This document shows positions 29,132-38,366 of a DNA stretch of 64,000 nucleotides, in pieces. Source of the DNA: Deltaproteobacteria bacterium (GTDB lineage Bacteria; Myxococcota_A; UBA9160; SMWR01); NCBI GenBank assembly GCA_032128375.1, contig JAQBGU010000135.1, positions 1 through 64,000 on the forward strand. Reading direction: 5' to 3'. Every line of letters starts with the position of its first letter. Position 1 is the stretch's first letter. The notes below the pieces were generated by a model. The model did no database searches. It saw only the letters and a list, made by a program, of their open reading frames with translations, and had not been told where the DNA came from. The position numbers and the translations under genes were made by a program.

Positions 29132-30010
29132 GTGATGGCGAAAGAATCGAGCTGGCGCGATAGGGGCATTGTTGTGACGACCCGTGCGTTGTTGGCGGTC
29201 GCGCTGCTTGCGCCTGTCTCTGCCGCTGCCAGCATCACTGGCGTTTGCCCCGACGGGAGCATGTTCATTGTTCAGCGTGCGGATTCCATTCCGTGTCGCG
29301 GCGCCAAGGCGGTTGACCCCAGTGACATGCCGCCCTTGAAGCCAGAGTTTCTCCCTCGTCCGTACGGCTGGGAGGTCTTCAACCGGCGCAGCGATCCGAA
29401 CAATCCCTACAACCTGATCCAATCCGCTCCGATTGATGATCCGGTCGCGCTTGGCGAACGGCAACCCGGAGGGGCCGAGCCTGACGAGCGTGTAGCGGTT
29501 CGCTCCGAGTTCGTCAGCCAGAGCACGGCGCCCGTGTCCACGCCGCAACCGGCGCCTCCCGAAGCGACGCCGCTGGGGTTGGCGAATGGCGAGATTCGAG
29601 ACCTCGTCATGATCGTCGATCTATCGCAGCAGCGCGCACCGGCGGCACTGATGTCGGCCGGCTCGGGTGGCCGCGTTCAGTTGGCCATGTCGCCTGCGTT
29701 CGAGGCGCGGCTGCGTCAGCGCTTCGCAGAGAACGGGCGTTCTAGCAGTGGAAACGTCGTTCTGTTCAGTGCCGATACAGAGCAGGCGGGATCGTTCTAC
29801 GGAAACCTGACGTTCGTCCAGGGACACATTGCCTACCAACCAGATTCAAGCGATCCGTTCCAACTCGGGTTGGTTCATGGAAGCATGGGGGAACTCGGGG
29901 TCGATGAACCCGTGCTCGGCTACGTGGTTCTGCCCGAGCACATGGACCTGACCGAGCCGGTCGACATCTACTGGAACGATCTCCAGATCACGGCAACACT
30001 GAGGCCTTAG
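29132..30010 (+). CDS. Hypothetical exported protein
   Basis: GGAGG RBS; signal peptide ALLAVALLAPVSAAA; small Cys-pair domain, Pro-rich linker, beta-rich C-terminal domain. Confidence 0.75.
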   Translation: MMAKESSWRDRGIVVTTRALLAVALLAPVSAAASITGVCPDGSMFIVQRADSIPCRGAKAVDPSDMPPLKPEFLPRPYGWEVFNRRSDPNNPYNLIQSAPIDDPVALGERQPGGAEPDERVAVRSEFVSQSTAPVSTPQPAPPEATPLGLANGEIRDLVMIVDLSQQRAPAALMSAGSGGRVQLAMSPAFEARLRQRFAENGRSSSGNVVLFSADTEQAGSFYGNLTFVQGHIAYQPDSSDPFQLGLVHGSMGELGVDEPVLGYVVLPEHMDLTEPVDIYWNDLQITATLRP

Positions 30011-30056
30011 TCGTTAGTCGTTGGCCACCCCATGGGAGGCTACCGCCACCCGACCC

Positions 30057-30560
30057 CTAGCGGGGAATCGACATGTAGAGCTGGGTGTAGAGCAGCGACC
30101 CATCCTTTGCGCGGATAATCCCTACACCGGTCGAGTTCATCGCGGGGGCCAACAGGTTGCGGCGGTGATCGGGCGAGTTCAACCATCCCTGCACGATCGC
30201 AAGGGTTGGATCGCTATCGCGAGTCAGGCCGAGGTTCTCTGCCGCCAGCGTCATGTCGCCAATGCCGGCTGCTTGGATGCGATCGACAGGGTTGGCGCCT
30301 TCGGGTGACTCGTGACTGAAATAGCCGCGTTGGGCCATGTCTTCGCTGTGGGCCGCCGCAACGCGGTCGAGGTCGCTGCGCCGCGCCAGCGGAATCAAGT
30401 GGTGTTGTGCACGGACGCGATTGACCTCCGCGAACAAATGCTGCTCCAATCGCTCGAGCGTGGAGTCGCTGGCGGCTGCGGAAACCAGAAGTGGCGACAA
30501 TGCGATTGCGATCCACATTCCCAGCAGGAATCCGATGGCTTGTCCGATGGTTCTGGGCAT
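30057..30560 (-). CDS. CAP/SCP domain exported protein
   Basis: VNRVR, AAAHSEDMAQRGYFSH, AAENL, WLNSPDHRRNLL, GVG. Confidence 0.92.
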   Translation of the reverse strand: MPRTIGQAIGFLLGMWIAIALSPLLVSAAASDSTLERLEQHLFAEVNRVRAQHHLIPLARRSDLDRVAAAHSEDMAQRGYFSHESPEGANPVDRIQAAGIGDMTLAAENLGLTRDSDPTLAIVQGWLNSPDHRRNLLAPAMNSTGVGIIRAKDGSLLYTQLYMSIPR

Positions 30561-30570
30561 GAAGGCCGGG

Positions 30571-32127
30571 TTAATGCAGCCGTCGTGGGTTCGAGTCTTG
30601 AACGGCGAGTTCCGGTGCGTCCAACAACTCTTTCCGTACCAGACGACCGTTGCGGTAGTGCGAGATTACCTCCACGTTTCCGTCGCCGTCGCTGTCCTCT
30701 TCGCTCCGGACTACTTGGTCATTTTCGTCGTAGAAGAGTTCTACATTCGGCTCGCCATCCGCATCGAGGTCGCGGGTTTCGCGAAGCCTTCGCCCATCTT
30801 GATAGAAGCTGATTGCATCGCGATACCCGTCATGGGTCGTATCCTGTTCGTGGCGTACCAGTTCGCCAGAGCGATAGAAGCTCCAGGTATCCACCGCGCC
30901 GTCTCCATCCGAGTCCGCACGCCGTCGAGCGATCGCACCTTGTTGGTATTCGGTCCACGTATCGATTGCGCCGGCCCCGTTGTTGTCCTCTTCCACGAGA
31001 CGGATTTGATGCGACGCGACGTCGGTGTGGATGATCCGATCGACGTGGCCGTTGAAGTCCTCGTCGAGTTCCTCCCGCTCGATCTCGCCGTGATTGCGGT
31101 AGATCCACTGGTCGATTCGGCCATCGCTGTTGCGGTCCACGATGCCGTCGGCGATCGTCGAGTCAGAACTCGGATTGGCGGTCGCAGCGGAGTGATCCCT
31201 TGCGGGTACGCGGGGTGTGTTCGACGAACGCGATGGGATTGTCGAGTCGTGCGGGTCTTCGCGGTCTTTCCCCGGCCCGCGGCTCGGTAGATCGGGCGTC
31301 CGACGCAGCGCTTCGAGTTCGGCCGCGATCGACAGCCCATCGGTCGCGGCAAGAGACGCCGTGGTCAGCGTTGAGTCGGGCGCCAGTCCCTGGTGTGCGC
31401 TGTCCCTCTCTTGGCGCGCTTGGCGTTCGCTGAGTTCTTGCGACATGTTCTGAAGCGTCCGTTCCTCGTAGTTCTGCGCTCGGGGGGGCGGAGGCTGGGC
31501 CGACTGTGAGGTCGGATTGGGGGGTCGCGGTACCGCCGGACCCGGCTCCGGTTCGCCGACGATGGCTTCCTTCGCGAGCACGAACGGCGCGGCCGCGATC
31601 ACCAGCGGCGCCGTCAAGTATTTCATGAACAGCGGGTCTTCGCGGATCGTGGTGTGTCGAGTGATGTCTTCGCGAGCGCCGCCTAGCATCGTCATGCCCG
31701 CATCGGGGTCGCTCTGTGGGGCCGGGGGTGGCTGATAGGCCGGCTGATACGAGGGTTGACCCTGGGGTTGCGTCGAGCGCGGATCCGCATTGGGCCGCCC
31801 GGGCGGGCCAGCGTACTGACTGCTTTGCCCGGATTGACCGTTGGGTCCGTTCGATTGCGAGGAGTAGGTCTGAGCAGCGGTGCTCCCCGGCGGCGGAGGC
31901 AGCGTGGGAAGGTTCGGCGCAGATTGTCCCGGGTAGATGATCGAGGCGCGGCTGCCGATATTCACGATCGGCGTTCGATCCAGGTCACGGTCGGAATGGC
32001 TATAGGCCATACAGCCCCCAAGCGGAAGCAACGCAAGCGTCCCGAGCATGGCGGATCGGATCTGGCCTAGCCGTTTGGCACGGCGAGGTTGACGGGTAGC
32101 CTGCGAAGTAGTTCGACGGTTCGACAT
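30571..32127 (-). CDS. Lipoprotein with Pro/Gln-rich region and seven Dx[DN]xDG-type repeats
   Basis: Lipobox LGGC; C-terminal ~22-aa repeats DRNSDGRID, DEDFNGHVD, DNNGAGAID, DSDGDGAVD, DTTHDGYRD, DLDADGEPN, DSDGDGNVE; start likely ATG 32127 (GAGGA RBS). Confidence 0.78.
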   Translation of the reverse strand: MSNRRTTSQATRQPRRAKRLGQIRSAMLGTLALLPLGGCMAYSHSDRDLDRTPIVNIGSRASIIYPGQSAPNLPTLPPPPGSTAAQTYSSQSNGPNGQSGQSSQYAGPPGRPNADPRSTQPQGQPSYQPAYQPPPAPQSDPDAGMTMLGGAREDITRHTTIREDPLFMKYLTAPLVIAAAPFVLAKEAIVGEPEPGPAVPRPPNPTSQSAQPPPPRAQNYEERTLQNMSQELSERQARQERDSAHQGLAPDSTLTTASLAATDGLSIAAELEALRRTPDLPSRGPGKDREDPHDSTIPSRSSNTPRVPARDHSAATANPSSDSTIADGIVDRNSDGRIDQWIYRNHGEIEREELDEDFNGHVDRIIHTDVASHQIRLVEEDNNGAGAIDTWTEYQQGAIARRRADSDGDGAVDTWSFYRSGELVRHEQDTTHDGYRDAISFYQDGRRLRETRDLDADGEPNVELFYDENDQVVRSEEDSDGDGNVEVISHYRNGRLVRKELLDAPELAVQDSNPRRLH

Positions 32128-32435
32128 CGCTGAAGTCCTCGGTCGCAAGGTGAAGTCATCAGCGCAGATGGGGTCATCGACGCGGATGGAGTCGTCCAGC
32201 CAAGACTGATGCAAGTTCCGTGCGCGCGAGCCCACTCGAATCGATGCGTCTTGAATCGGCGATACTTGTGAACAGTTGGACGAACACATGCATCTGAGTT
32301 GCGAACGAACTGCCACTTCGGGCTTATGCAGCTGGCGGGCAATTGGCGGAATGGCTGTACCCATTCGCACCGAAACGCCCGCGCGAATGATCAGGTTGAC
32401 CCGAATGGATCGATTCGAAGCGGCAATCGCGCTCG

Positions 32436-33449
32436 TCAGTCGAGGTTCGAGTGGGAACCCATCCGCCCGATTCCGACGGTCGCGCCAAAGCCCAGCGCGA
32501 TCAGCGCCAGCGCTGATCCGGCCTCGCCCGCAGCAGGCGAGTACGCGACCTGGCGCCAGTCTTCGTGATCGATGCTCGCAAGGTTCTCGTCGGTGACGAC
32601 CACACCCTTCAGGGTCTCACCTGCGACAGGAGCTTCAGCCCGTTGGAACGGCCACAGGCCCACGACTGCGCCGAGCAACAAGCCGAGCAGCGCACCCAGC
32701 GTCGCCTTGCGATAGCGCAAGAGCAGCCACTTCAGCAGATTGCTGACCGCCACGACTCCCAACACAATCCCGATGCCCAGCGGAACGACGACCTTCATTG
32801 CGTCCAAAACGAGTGCGAGATCGCTGCCGGAGCCAGCGCCGTCGCCGAGCAGGCCCCGCTTCAGTTGATCGACGGTGCCGAGAATCGATTCGTATTGGCC
32901 CAGGATCAGCAGCAGGTAGCCGCCGCTGATTCCCGGCAGGATCATCGCAGAAGAAGCTGCCATGCCCGATAGGAAGATCAACGTCAGGCTGGCATCCTGC
33001 ATCGAGCTGCCTGCTCCCCGGGTGAGCGTCATCAAAAGCATCAGAACGAAACCGCCTAGCGCGCCGAGTGCGAGCGAACCCGACATGGGGCGAGCCATTC
33101 GCCACACCAAGGGGACGCCACCGAGTGTCAACCCAATGAACAGGCTGTACATGATCCAGCGATGGTCGATGACGAGTCCCTTGACGGTTCCGGCGAGCAG
33201 CAGGATCGCAAGTGCCGCGCTGGCGACGATGGCTCCCAGCAGGATGATCGAGCGCGACCGAAAGCGCAGAGTGGTAACCTCGGCGATTCCCGAGATGAAG
33301 CCCGGGTAAACACCAGCTGCCAACAACATCGTGCCGCCGCTGATTCCCGGCACCAGATTGGCGAGACCCATCAGAGTGCCACCGATCGCTCCGCGAACCA
33401 ACAGCGAGAGCGGAGCGGTTTCGATGTCGTGGGATTCGGGCTCGTTCAT
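32436..33449 (-). CDS. DUF368 family polyprenyl-phosphate transporter
   Basis: Two re-entrant motifs GLANLVPGISGGT and AMILPGISGG, ILGQY; start ATG 33449. Confidence 0.9.
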   Translation of the reverse strand: MNEPESHDIETAPLSLLVRGAIGGTLMGLANLVPGISGGTMLLAAGVYPGFISGIAEVTTLRFRSRSIILLGAIVASAALAILLLAGTVKGLVIDHRWIMYSLFIGLTLGGVPLVWRMARPMSGSLALGALGGFVLMLLMTLTRGAGSSMQDASLTLIFLSGMAASSAMILPGISGGYLLLILGQYESILGTVDQLKRGLLGDGAGSGSDLALVLDAMKVVVPLGIGIVLGVVAVSNLLKWLLLRYRKATLGALLGLLLGAVVGLWPFQRAEAPVAGETLKGVVVTDENLASIDHEDWRQVAYSPAAGEAGSALALIALGFGATVGIGRMGSHSNLD

Positions 33450-33565
33450 AGGGTCTCTCAGGCTGCTGTGTGTGCGCAGGACGCGGTACTGTAGCAGCGC
33501 ATCGAGTGAGTGCATTCTCGAAAGCAGCAGATGTCCAGGGACATAGGAGCGTTGGGGGGACCGCC

Positions 33566-34273
33566 GTGTGCGGAAGATTCTCATTGATCGCCAATCCGGA
33601 CGAATTGGCCGAACACTTCAAGATCGACTTCGAGCCCGGTCTCGAATTCGCGCCAACGTGGGAACCTCGATTCAACGTCGCTCCCAGTCAGCCGGTCAAA
33701 ACGGTGTATGTGCCGGACACGTCGGCGCAGCGCGCGGTCGTGGAACGGCGCTGGGGCCTGATCCCGTCGTGGGCGAAAGATCCGAAAATCGGCAACCGGC
33801 AAATCAACGCGCGCTCTGAAACGCTGGCCGAAAAGCCGGCGTTTCGGCAAGCGCTCGAGCAGCGACGCTGCCTGGTCGCCGCGGATGGCTTCTACGAGTG
33901 GTCGGGGCCGCCGCGTTCCAAACAGCCCTACTACATTGCGCTGGACGACCAGGCAATCTTCGGCTTCGCGGGACTCTGGGAGCGCTGGCGCAACCCCGAA
34001 GGCCTCGAAGTGGAAAGCTGCACGGTGATCACTGCGGCAGCCAATTCGCTGCTTGGCGAGCTGCATTCGCGCATGCCGGTGATCTTGGATCCCGAGCAAT
34101 ACGAGGCGTGGTTGGATCCGTCGAGTCAGACCGCGGCCGAGTTGCTGGCGCTGCTCCGTTCGCATCGTTGCGACGCGCTGCGCTACTACCCGGTGAGCTA
34201 TCGCGTCAACAACGTCGCATACGATGATCCCGCTTGCCTCGAACCGGTCGAAGCCCAGCCGACGCTATTTTGA
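33566..34273 (+). CDS. SOS response-associated peptidase (SRAP; YedK/HMCES abasic-site protector)
   Basis: GTG start gives MCGRF with catalytic Cys2; RFNVAPSQ, WGLIPSW, INARSET, DGFYEW, HSRMPVIL. Confidence 0.93.
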   Translation: MCGRFSLIANPDELAEHFKIDFEPGLEFAPTWEPRFNVAPSQPVKTVYVPDTSAQRAVVERRWGLIPSWAKDPKIGNRQINARSETLAEKPAFRQALEQRRCLVAADGFYEWSGPPRSKQPYYIALDDQAIFGFAGLWERWRNPEGLEVESCTVITAAANSLLGELHSRMPVILDPEQYEAWLDPSSQTAAELLALLRSHRCDALRYYPVSYRVNNVAYDDPACLEPVEAQPTLF

Positions 34274-34361
34274 CGAGCGTATCGAGGACCGTCTCGATTG
34301 CCGCTGCTGACGCGCGCGATGGTGGCGAGCGATTCCTCGAATCGACGGGGGGCGAAAATTC

Positions 34362-34631
34362 ATGGGAGACCAACGTGTGGGCAAGACCGCTGCGTTACCG
34401 CGCTGGGCCCCGGTAGTCCGGCGAGTATTGCTGGGTGCGATCGGTGTGCTGTTCGTCATCTCGATTCCGTGGTATCGCGATGGGACCGAGCAGTCACGAT
34501 GGTTCGGACTTCCGGATTGGGTGACGGTCGCGCTGGTCTGCTATGCGGCCGTCGCGGTGCTGAACTCGGCGGCCTGGATACTCACCGATATCTCGGATGG
34601 TGAGGACGATCGGCCGGGCACCTCCCGATGA
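34362..34631 (+). CDS. Small 2-TM accessory protein of the sodium:solute symporter
   Basis: SIPWY...WFGLPDW between two TMs; ATGA overlap with the SSS gene. Confidence 0.75.
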   Translation: MGDQRVGKTAALPRWAPVVRRVLLGAIGVLFVISIPWYRDGTEQSRWFGLPDWVTVALVCYAAVAVLNSAAWILTDISDGEDDRPGTSR

Positions 34632-36136
34632 GCTTCGGCGAAATGGGGGTCGCCGGCCTCATGGTGTACCTCATTGCGCTGAGCGGAATCGCGCTCGCAG
34701 CAGCGCGCGCGAGGCAGAGCGACGCTCCATCGGACCACTTCCTGGCCGGGCGCGATCTCGGTGTCTTTGTGCTGTTTATGACACTGTACGCGACCGCTTA
34801 CAGCGGCAACTCGCTGCTGGGCTATCCGGGCGAAGCTTACCGGCGCGGTTTCTCGTGGATTATGGCGACCGGCTTCATGATGTCGATCGTCGTGGTATTT
34901 CACCTGTTGGTGCCGAAGTTGCGCCCGGTCGCCGTTCGCGAGAATTTTGTAACGCCCGGCGATTGGGTTCGCTTCCGGTTCCGCGGCGAGCCCGCATCAC
35001 GCGCGTTGTTGACGGGTGTTGCCGCGTTGATGAGCTTGGCGCTGGCGAATTTCCTGTTCGCGCAGCTCAAAGCAATGGGCGAAATGGCGGAGCAGGTGAC
35101 AGGCGGCCTGATTTCCTACGAGATTGGGATCGTCGTGCTGGCGGCCATGATCCTATTCTACGAGACGCTCGGTGGTATGCGCGCCGTTGCCTGGACCGAT
35201 GCCTTGCAGGGCATCTTGATGCTGGTCGGGCTGGCCGCGCTACTGAGTTGGCTATTGAACGCGTCGGGTGGCCTGGAGTCGCTGACGACGGGCATTCTCG
35301 AAGTTCGCCCCCATGCTGGAGATGTTCCGGACGCCACCGAACTTGCGAATTGGTTCAGCACGATCCTGCTGCTGGGGCTGGCGAGCGTAATCTACCCACA
35401 GGCGATCCAGAGAATCTATGCGGCCCGAAGCGGAACCGTGCTGAAGCGCTCCTTCGCGTTGATGACCTTCATGCCGCTGACCACGACGTTGGTCGTAACG
35501 CTGATCGGTCTGGCCGCGATCACCCGTCTGCAAGGGCTGGGAACGCTAGAGGCGGACCGGGTGATGCCACTGTTGCTGGGCCAGTGGGCCAGCTCGGGCG
35601 GGGTTGGGGCGATCGCTGCAATGGTGGTTTTTCTGGGCGCCCTCGCCGCAATCATGTCGACAGCGGACTCGGTCCTACTCTCGCTCGGGTCGATAGCGGC
35701 GGAGGATCTGGTCGGGAAGGCGCACGATGACCCCGATGCGACACGATTGGGTAAGCGCATCGCCACGGCCTCAATCGTCGCAATCGCAGGCTTGGCCATG
35801 CTGGCGCGCGATATCACGCTTTGGGGCCTGATCGAATTGAAGATGGAGCTGTTGATTCAGTGCGTGCCAGTGTTTCTGATTGCGATCCACTGGCCGCGGC
35901 TCCGCGCGCGCCCGGCTCTTATCGGTCTGGTCGTCGGGACGATCATCGCGGTCACCGGTGTGTTCCTGGGCTCGAAGCGGATCGGAGGAGTGCACATCGG
36001 AGTGATCGGCTTGACGGTCAATGCGTTGATTGCGTGTACCGGGTCGCTCGGCAAAGGACCCCCCAACGAACCCCGATCCGTCGAAAGTCGGACAGCGGAG
36101 GAGGCCGTCTCTGGCCAGCTCCGTGCTCCCCGCTGA
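34628..36136 (+). CDS. Sodium:solute symporter family protein
   Basis: FLAGRDLG, ATAYSGNSLLGYPG, GGMRAVAWTDALQG, QRIYAA, AAIMSTADS. Confidence 0.93.
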   Translation: MSFGEMGVAGLMVYLIALSGIALAAARARQSDAPSDHFLAGRDLGVFVLFMTLYATAYSGNSLLGYPGEAYRRGFSWIMATGFMMSIVVVFHLLVPKLRPVAVRENFVTPGDWVRFRFRGEPASRALLTGVAALMSLALANFLFAQLKAMGEMAEQVTGGLISYEIGIVVLAAMILFYETLGGMRAVAWTDALQGILMLVGLAALLSWLLNASGGLESLTTGILEVRPHAGDVPDATELANWFSTILLLGLASVIYPQAIQRIYAARSGTVLKRSFALMTFMPLTTTLVVTLIGLAAITRLQGLGTLEADRVMPLLLGQWASSGGVGAIAAMVVFLGALAAIMSTADSVLLSLGSIAAEDLVGKAHDDPDATRLGKRIATASIVAIAGLAMLARDITLWGLIELKMELLIQCVPVFLIAIHWPRLRARPALIGLVVGTIIAVTGVFLGSKRIGGVHIGVIGLTVNALIACTGSLGKGPPNEPRSVESRTAEEAVSGQLRAPR

Positions 36137-36167
36137 TCCCAAGTTTCGGATCAGGGGGCAGCGCACT

Positions 36168-38366
36168 TCAACGTGTCTGTGGCGCCGGCAAATCGACGTA
36201 CGCGCGGCCGGCGCGATAGTCCTCGAGGCGGCGCCGAATATCCTCGGCCAGATTCGCGTTCTGGTCGCTATCGGCGCTGATTGCGGCTTGCTCAGCAACC
36301 CGTGTCGCCTGTTCGAAATGCCCAGCGGTGGCGTGTGCGGCCGCCAACGTGTCCAGCAGATCCGCGCTGCGAACCTCGTGCGAAAGAGATTCCATAGCGA
36401 GCGCCAACGCCTCCTCGCCGTCCGCTCGGGTGGCACCGGGTCGCGTTGCGAGTAGCCAAGCCAGGTTATTGGATACCGGGTGCCAACCCGGTGAGAGCTC
36501 TAGCGCGATTCGATAGTGCTCGATGGCTTCGCTCACCCGCCCGAGTTCGCTTGTCGCCTGTCCCAGCCCGAATTCAACCTCGATCGTATTCAATCCATTT
36601 CGCTGCGCGTCGGTCAGAAAGGTGAGCGCGCGCGCCGGTTCATTCATGCGCAACAGCACAAACCCGAGGTTGGCCGCAGCCTCCGCCCAGGCGGGCCGTG
36701 CGGCCAGCGCCATCTCATACTCCGACACGGCTTGCTCTAGAGCTCCGGTTTGAGCCAGCGCTTGCCCCAGCAGCCCGTGCAGATGTGCGAACCCCACGTT
36801 TCGCTGCGCGCGTTGCGCCAGTCGCAGATGCTCGACGGCTTCCGCGCCGCGGTTGAGATCGATGAGTGCCGAGGCCAGGTTCGCGTGGGCGCGCGGGTGA
36901 TTGGGCGCCAGGCGCAGCGCGGCCTGGTAATGGCCGATTGCCGCCTCGGGCTCATGGCGCGTCAGGAGCAAGTCGCCAAGCGTCACCCTGGGATCGGGCC
37001 AGCGGGGCTTGATTCGAATCGCTTCGCGCACGTGGGCTTCCGCTGCGTCGAGATCGCCGGATTCGATCAGCTCCACGGCAAGACCGTTTTCGGCCAAGAA
37101 ATTCTCTTGGGTGACAGCGATCGCCCGTTCATACAGCGCGAGCGAATCTCGCCAGTGCGCCAGCTGCGACCGCGTCGCGAAACTGAGCGAGATGATCGCA
37201 AGCAGCCCCGAAGCGATTCCGAGCCATCTCGGCAAGGGTGTCCACGCGACCATCATCGCGACCCCGATCAGGGGGAGATACATGTAGCGGTCAGCGCGTG
37301 CTTGCATGCCCGCTTGAACCACGCCGATCACGGGTACTAGCGTGATTGCGAACCACAACGAACCAACGAGTAGCTGCGGCCGCGAAGTTGCCAATCGAAT
37401 GGCAACGCTGAACGAGACCACCGACAACACCGCACCGACCCACCACTGGCTGGGTACTGCGAGCAGATGCGGATAAAAGACCGCGAGGTCGGTCGGCCAA
37501 AAACTCGCGAACGCATACCAGCGATAGGAGTCGAGAGCAGTCGTCAGGCGCACCACCAGCGGCAGCAGGTCGCCGTGACTCATTGCGCCACTCTCGCGCT
37601 GAACCGCGAGTGTGACGACACTCGCTGCAACGGCGAGTGCGATCAGCGGAAGTTTATCGAGTACCGCGTCCATCAACGCCGCGCTTTCTGGCCGGCCGAG
37701 GCTCCCGTCCCGACGCAGTCTGCGCGCCGGCCAATAGTCGAGTAGAAAGAGCGCGAGCGGCAGGGTTACGACCACGGGCTTGGCGAGCAGGCCCAGAGCA
37801 AAGCACACCAGCAGCGCGACATACCGCAGGCGCCTACCACCACCCGGTGGAGCGCGCAGATAACTCGCGTATGCCCACATCGATAGCATCCAGAACAAGC
37901 CGCTCAACGTGTCCTTGCGCTCGGTCGCCCACGCCACCGATTCGACATGCAGTGGATGAACCGCGAAGACCAGCGCAACGAACGCGCTCGGACCGCGGGT
38001 GCCACTGAGTCGAGTGAGCGCGAGAAACAGCACGGCGCTGCTCACCGCATGCAGTCCGACATTGGTCAGATGGTGGCCGGTGGGTTCGAATCCGTAGCAC
38101 AGGACATCGAGATGGAGCGAAAGCCACGTCAACGGAATCCAGTTGGCCTCATACGGTGTCGAGAACGCCTGCCACACCCGCTCCCAATCGAGCGCGCTGC
38201 GTAGCTGCGGATTCTCGACGATGTAGATGAGGTCGTCGTAGCTGACGAACGCGTGGTGTCGGACTGGCCAGTACAAGACCAGCGGCAACAGCGCGACGGC
38301 CATTGCAAGCAGCAGGTCGCGGTACGAGAGGCTGGCTGAATCAAAGCAGTCGGCGTGTGATGTCAC
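36168..38366 (-). CDS. TMTC-like GT-C membrane protein with C-terminal TPR repeats
   Basis: FVSYDD, NWIPLTWLS, HHLTNVGLH, FAVHPLHVESVAWATERKD, ADRYMYLP, then about 7 TPRs; GTG start overlaps the upstream TGA (GTGA). Confidence 0.88.
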   Translation of the reverse strand: MTSHADCFDSASLSYRDLLLAMAVALLPLVLYWPVRHHAFVSYDDLIYIVENPQLRSALDWERVWQAFSTPYEANWIPLTWLSLHLDVLCYGFEPTGHHLTNVGLHAVSSAVLFLALTRLSGTRGPSAFVALVFAVHPLHVESVAWATERKDTLSGLFWMLSMWAYASYLRAPPGGGRRLRYVALLVCFALGLLAKPVVVTLPLALFLLDYWPARRLRRDGSLGRPESAALMDAVLDKLPLIALAVAASVVTLAVQRESGAMSHGDLLPLVVRLTTALDSYRWYAFASFWPTDLAVFYPHLLAVPSQWWVGAVLSVVSFSVAIRLATSRPQLLVGSLWFAITLVPVIGVVQAGMQARADRYMYLPLIGVAMMVAWTPLPRWLGIASGLLAIISLSFATRSQLAHWRDSLALYERAIAVTQENFLAENGLAVELIESGDLDAAEAHVREAIRIKPRWPDPRVTLGDLLLTRHEPEAAIGHYQAALRLAPNHPRAHANLASALIDLNRGAEAVEHLRLAQRAQRNVGFAHLHGLLGQALAQTGALEQAVSEYEMALAARPAWAEAAANLGFVLLRMNEPARALTFLTDAQRNGLNTIEVEFGLGQATSELGRVSEAIEHYRIALELSPGWHPVSNNLAWLLATRPGATRADGEEALALAMESLSHEVRSADLLDTLAAAHATAGHFEQATRVAEQAAISADSDQNANLAEDIRRRLEDYRAGRAYVDLPAPQTR

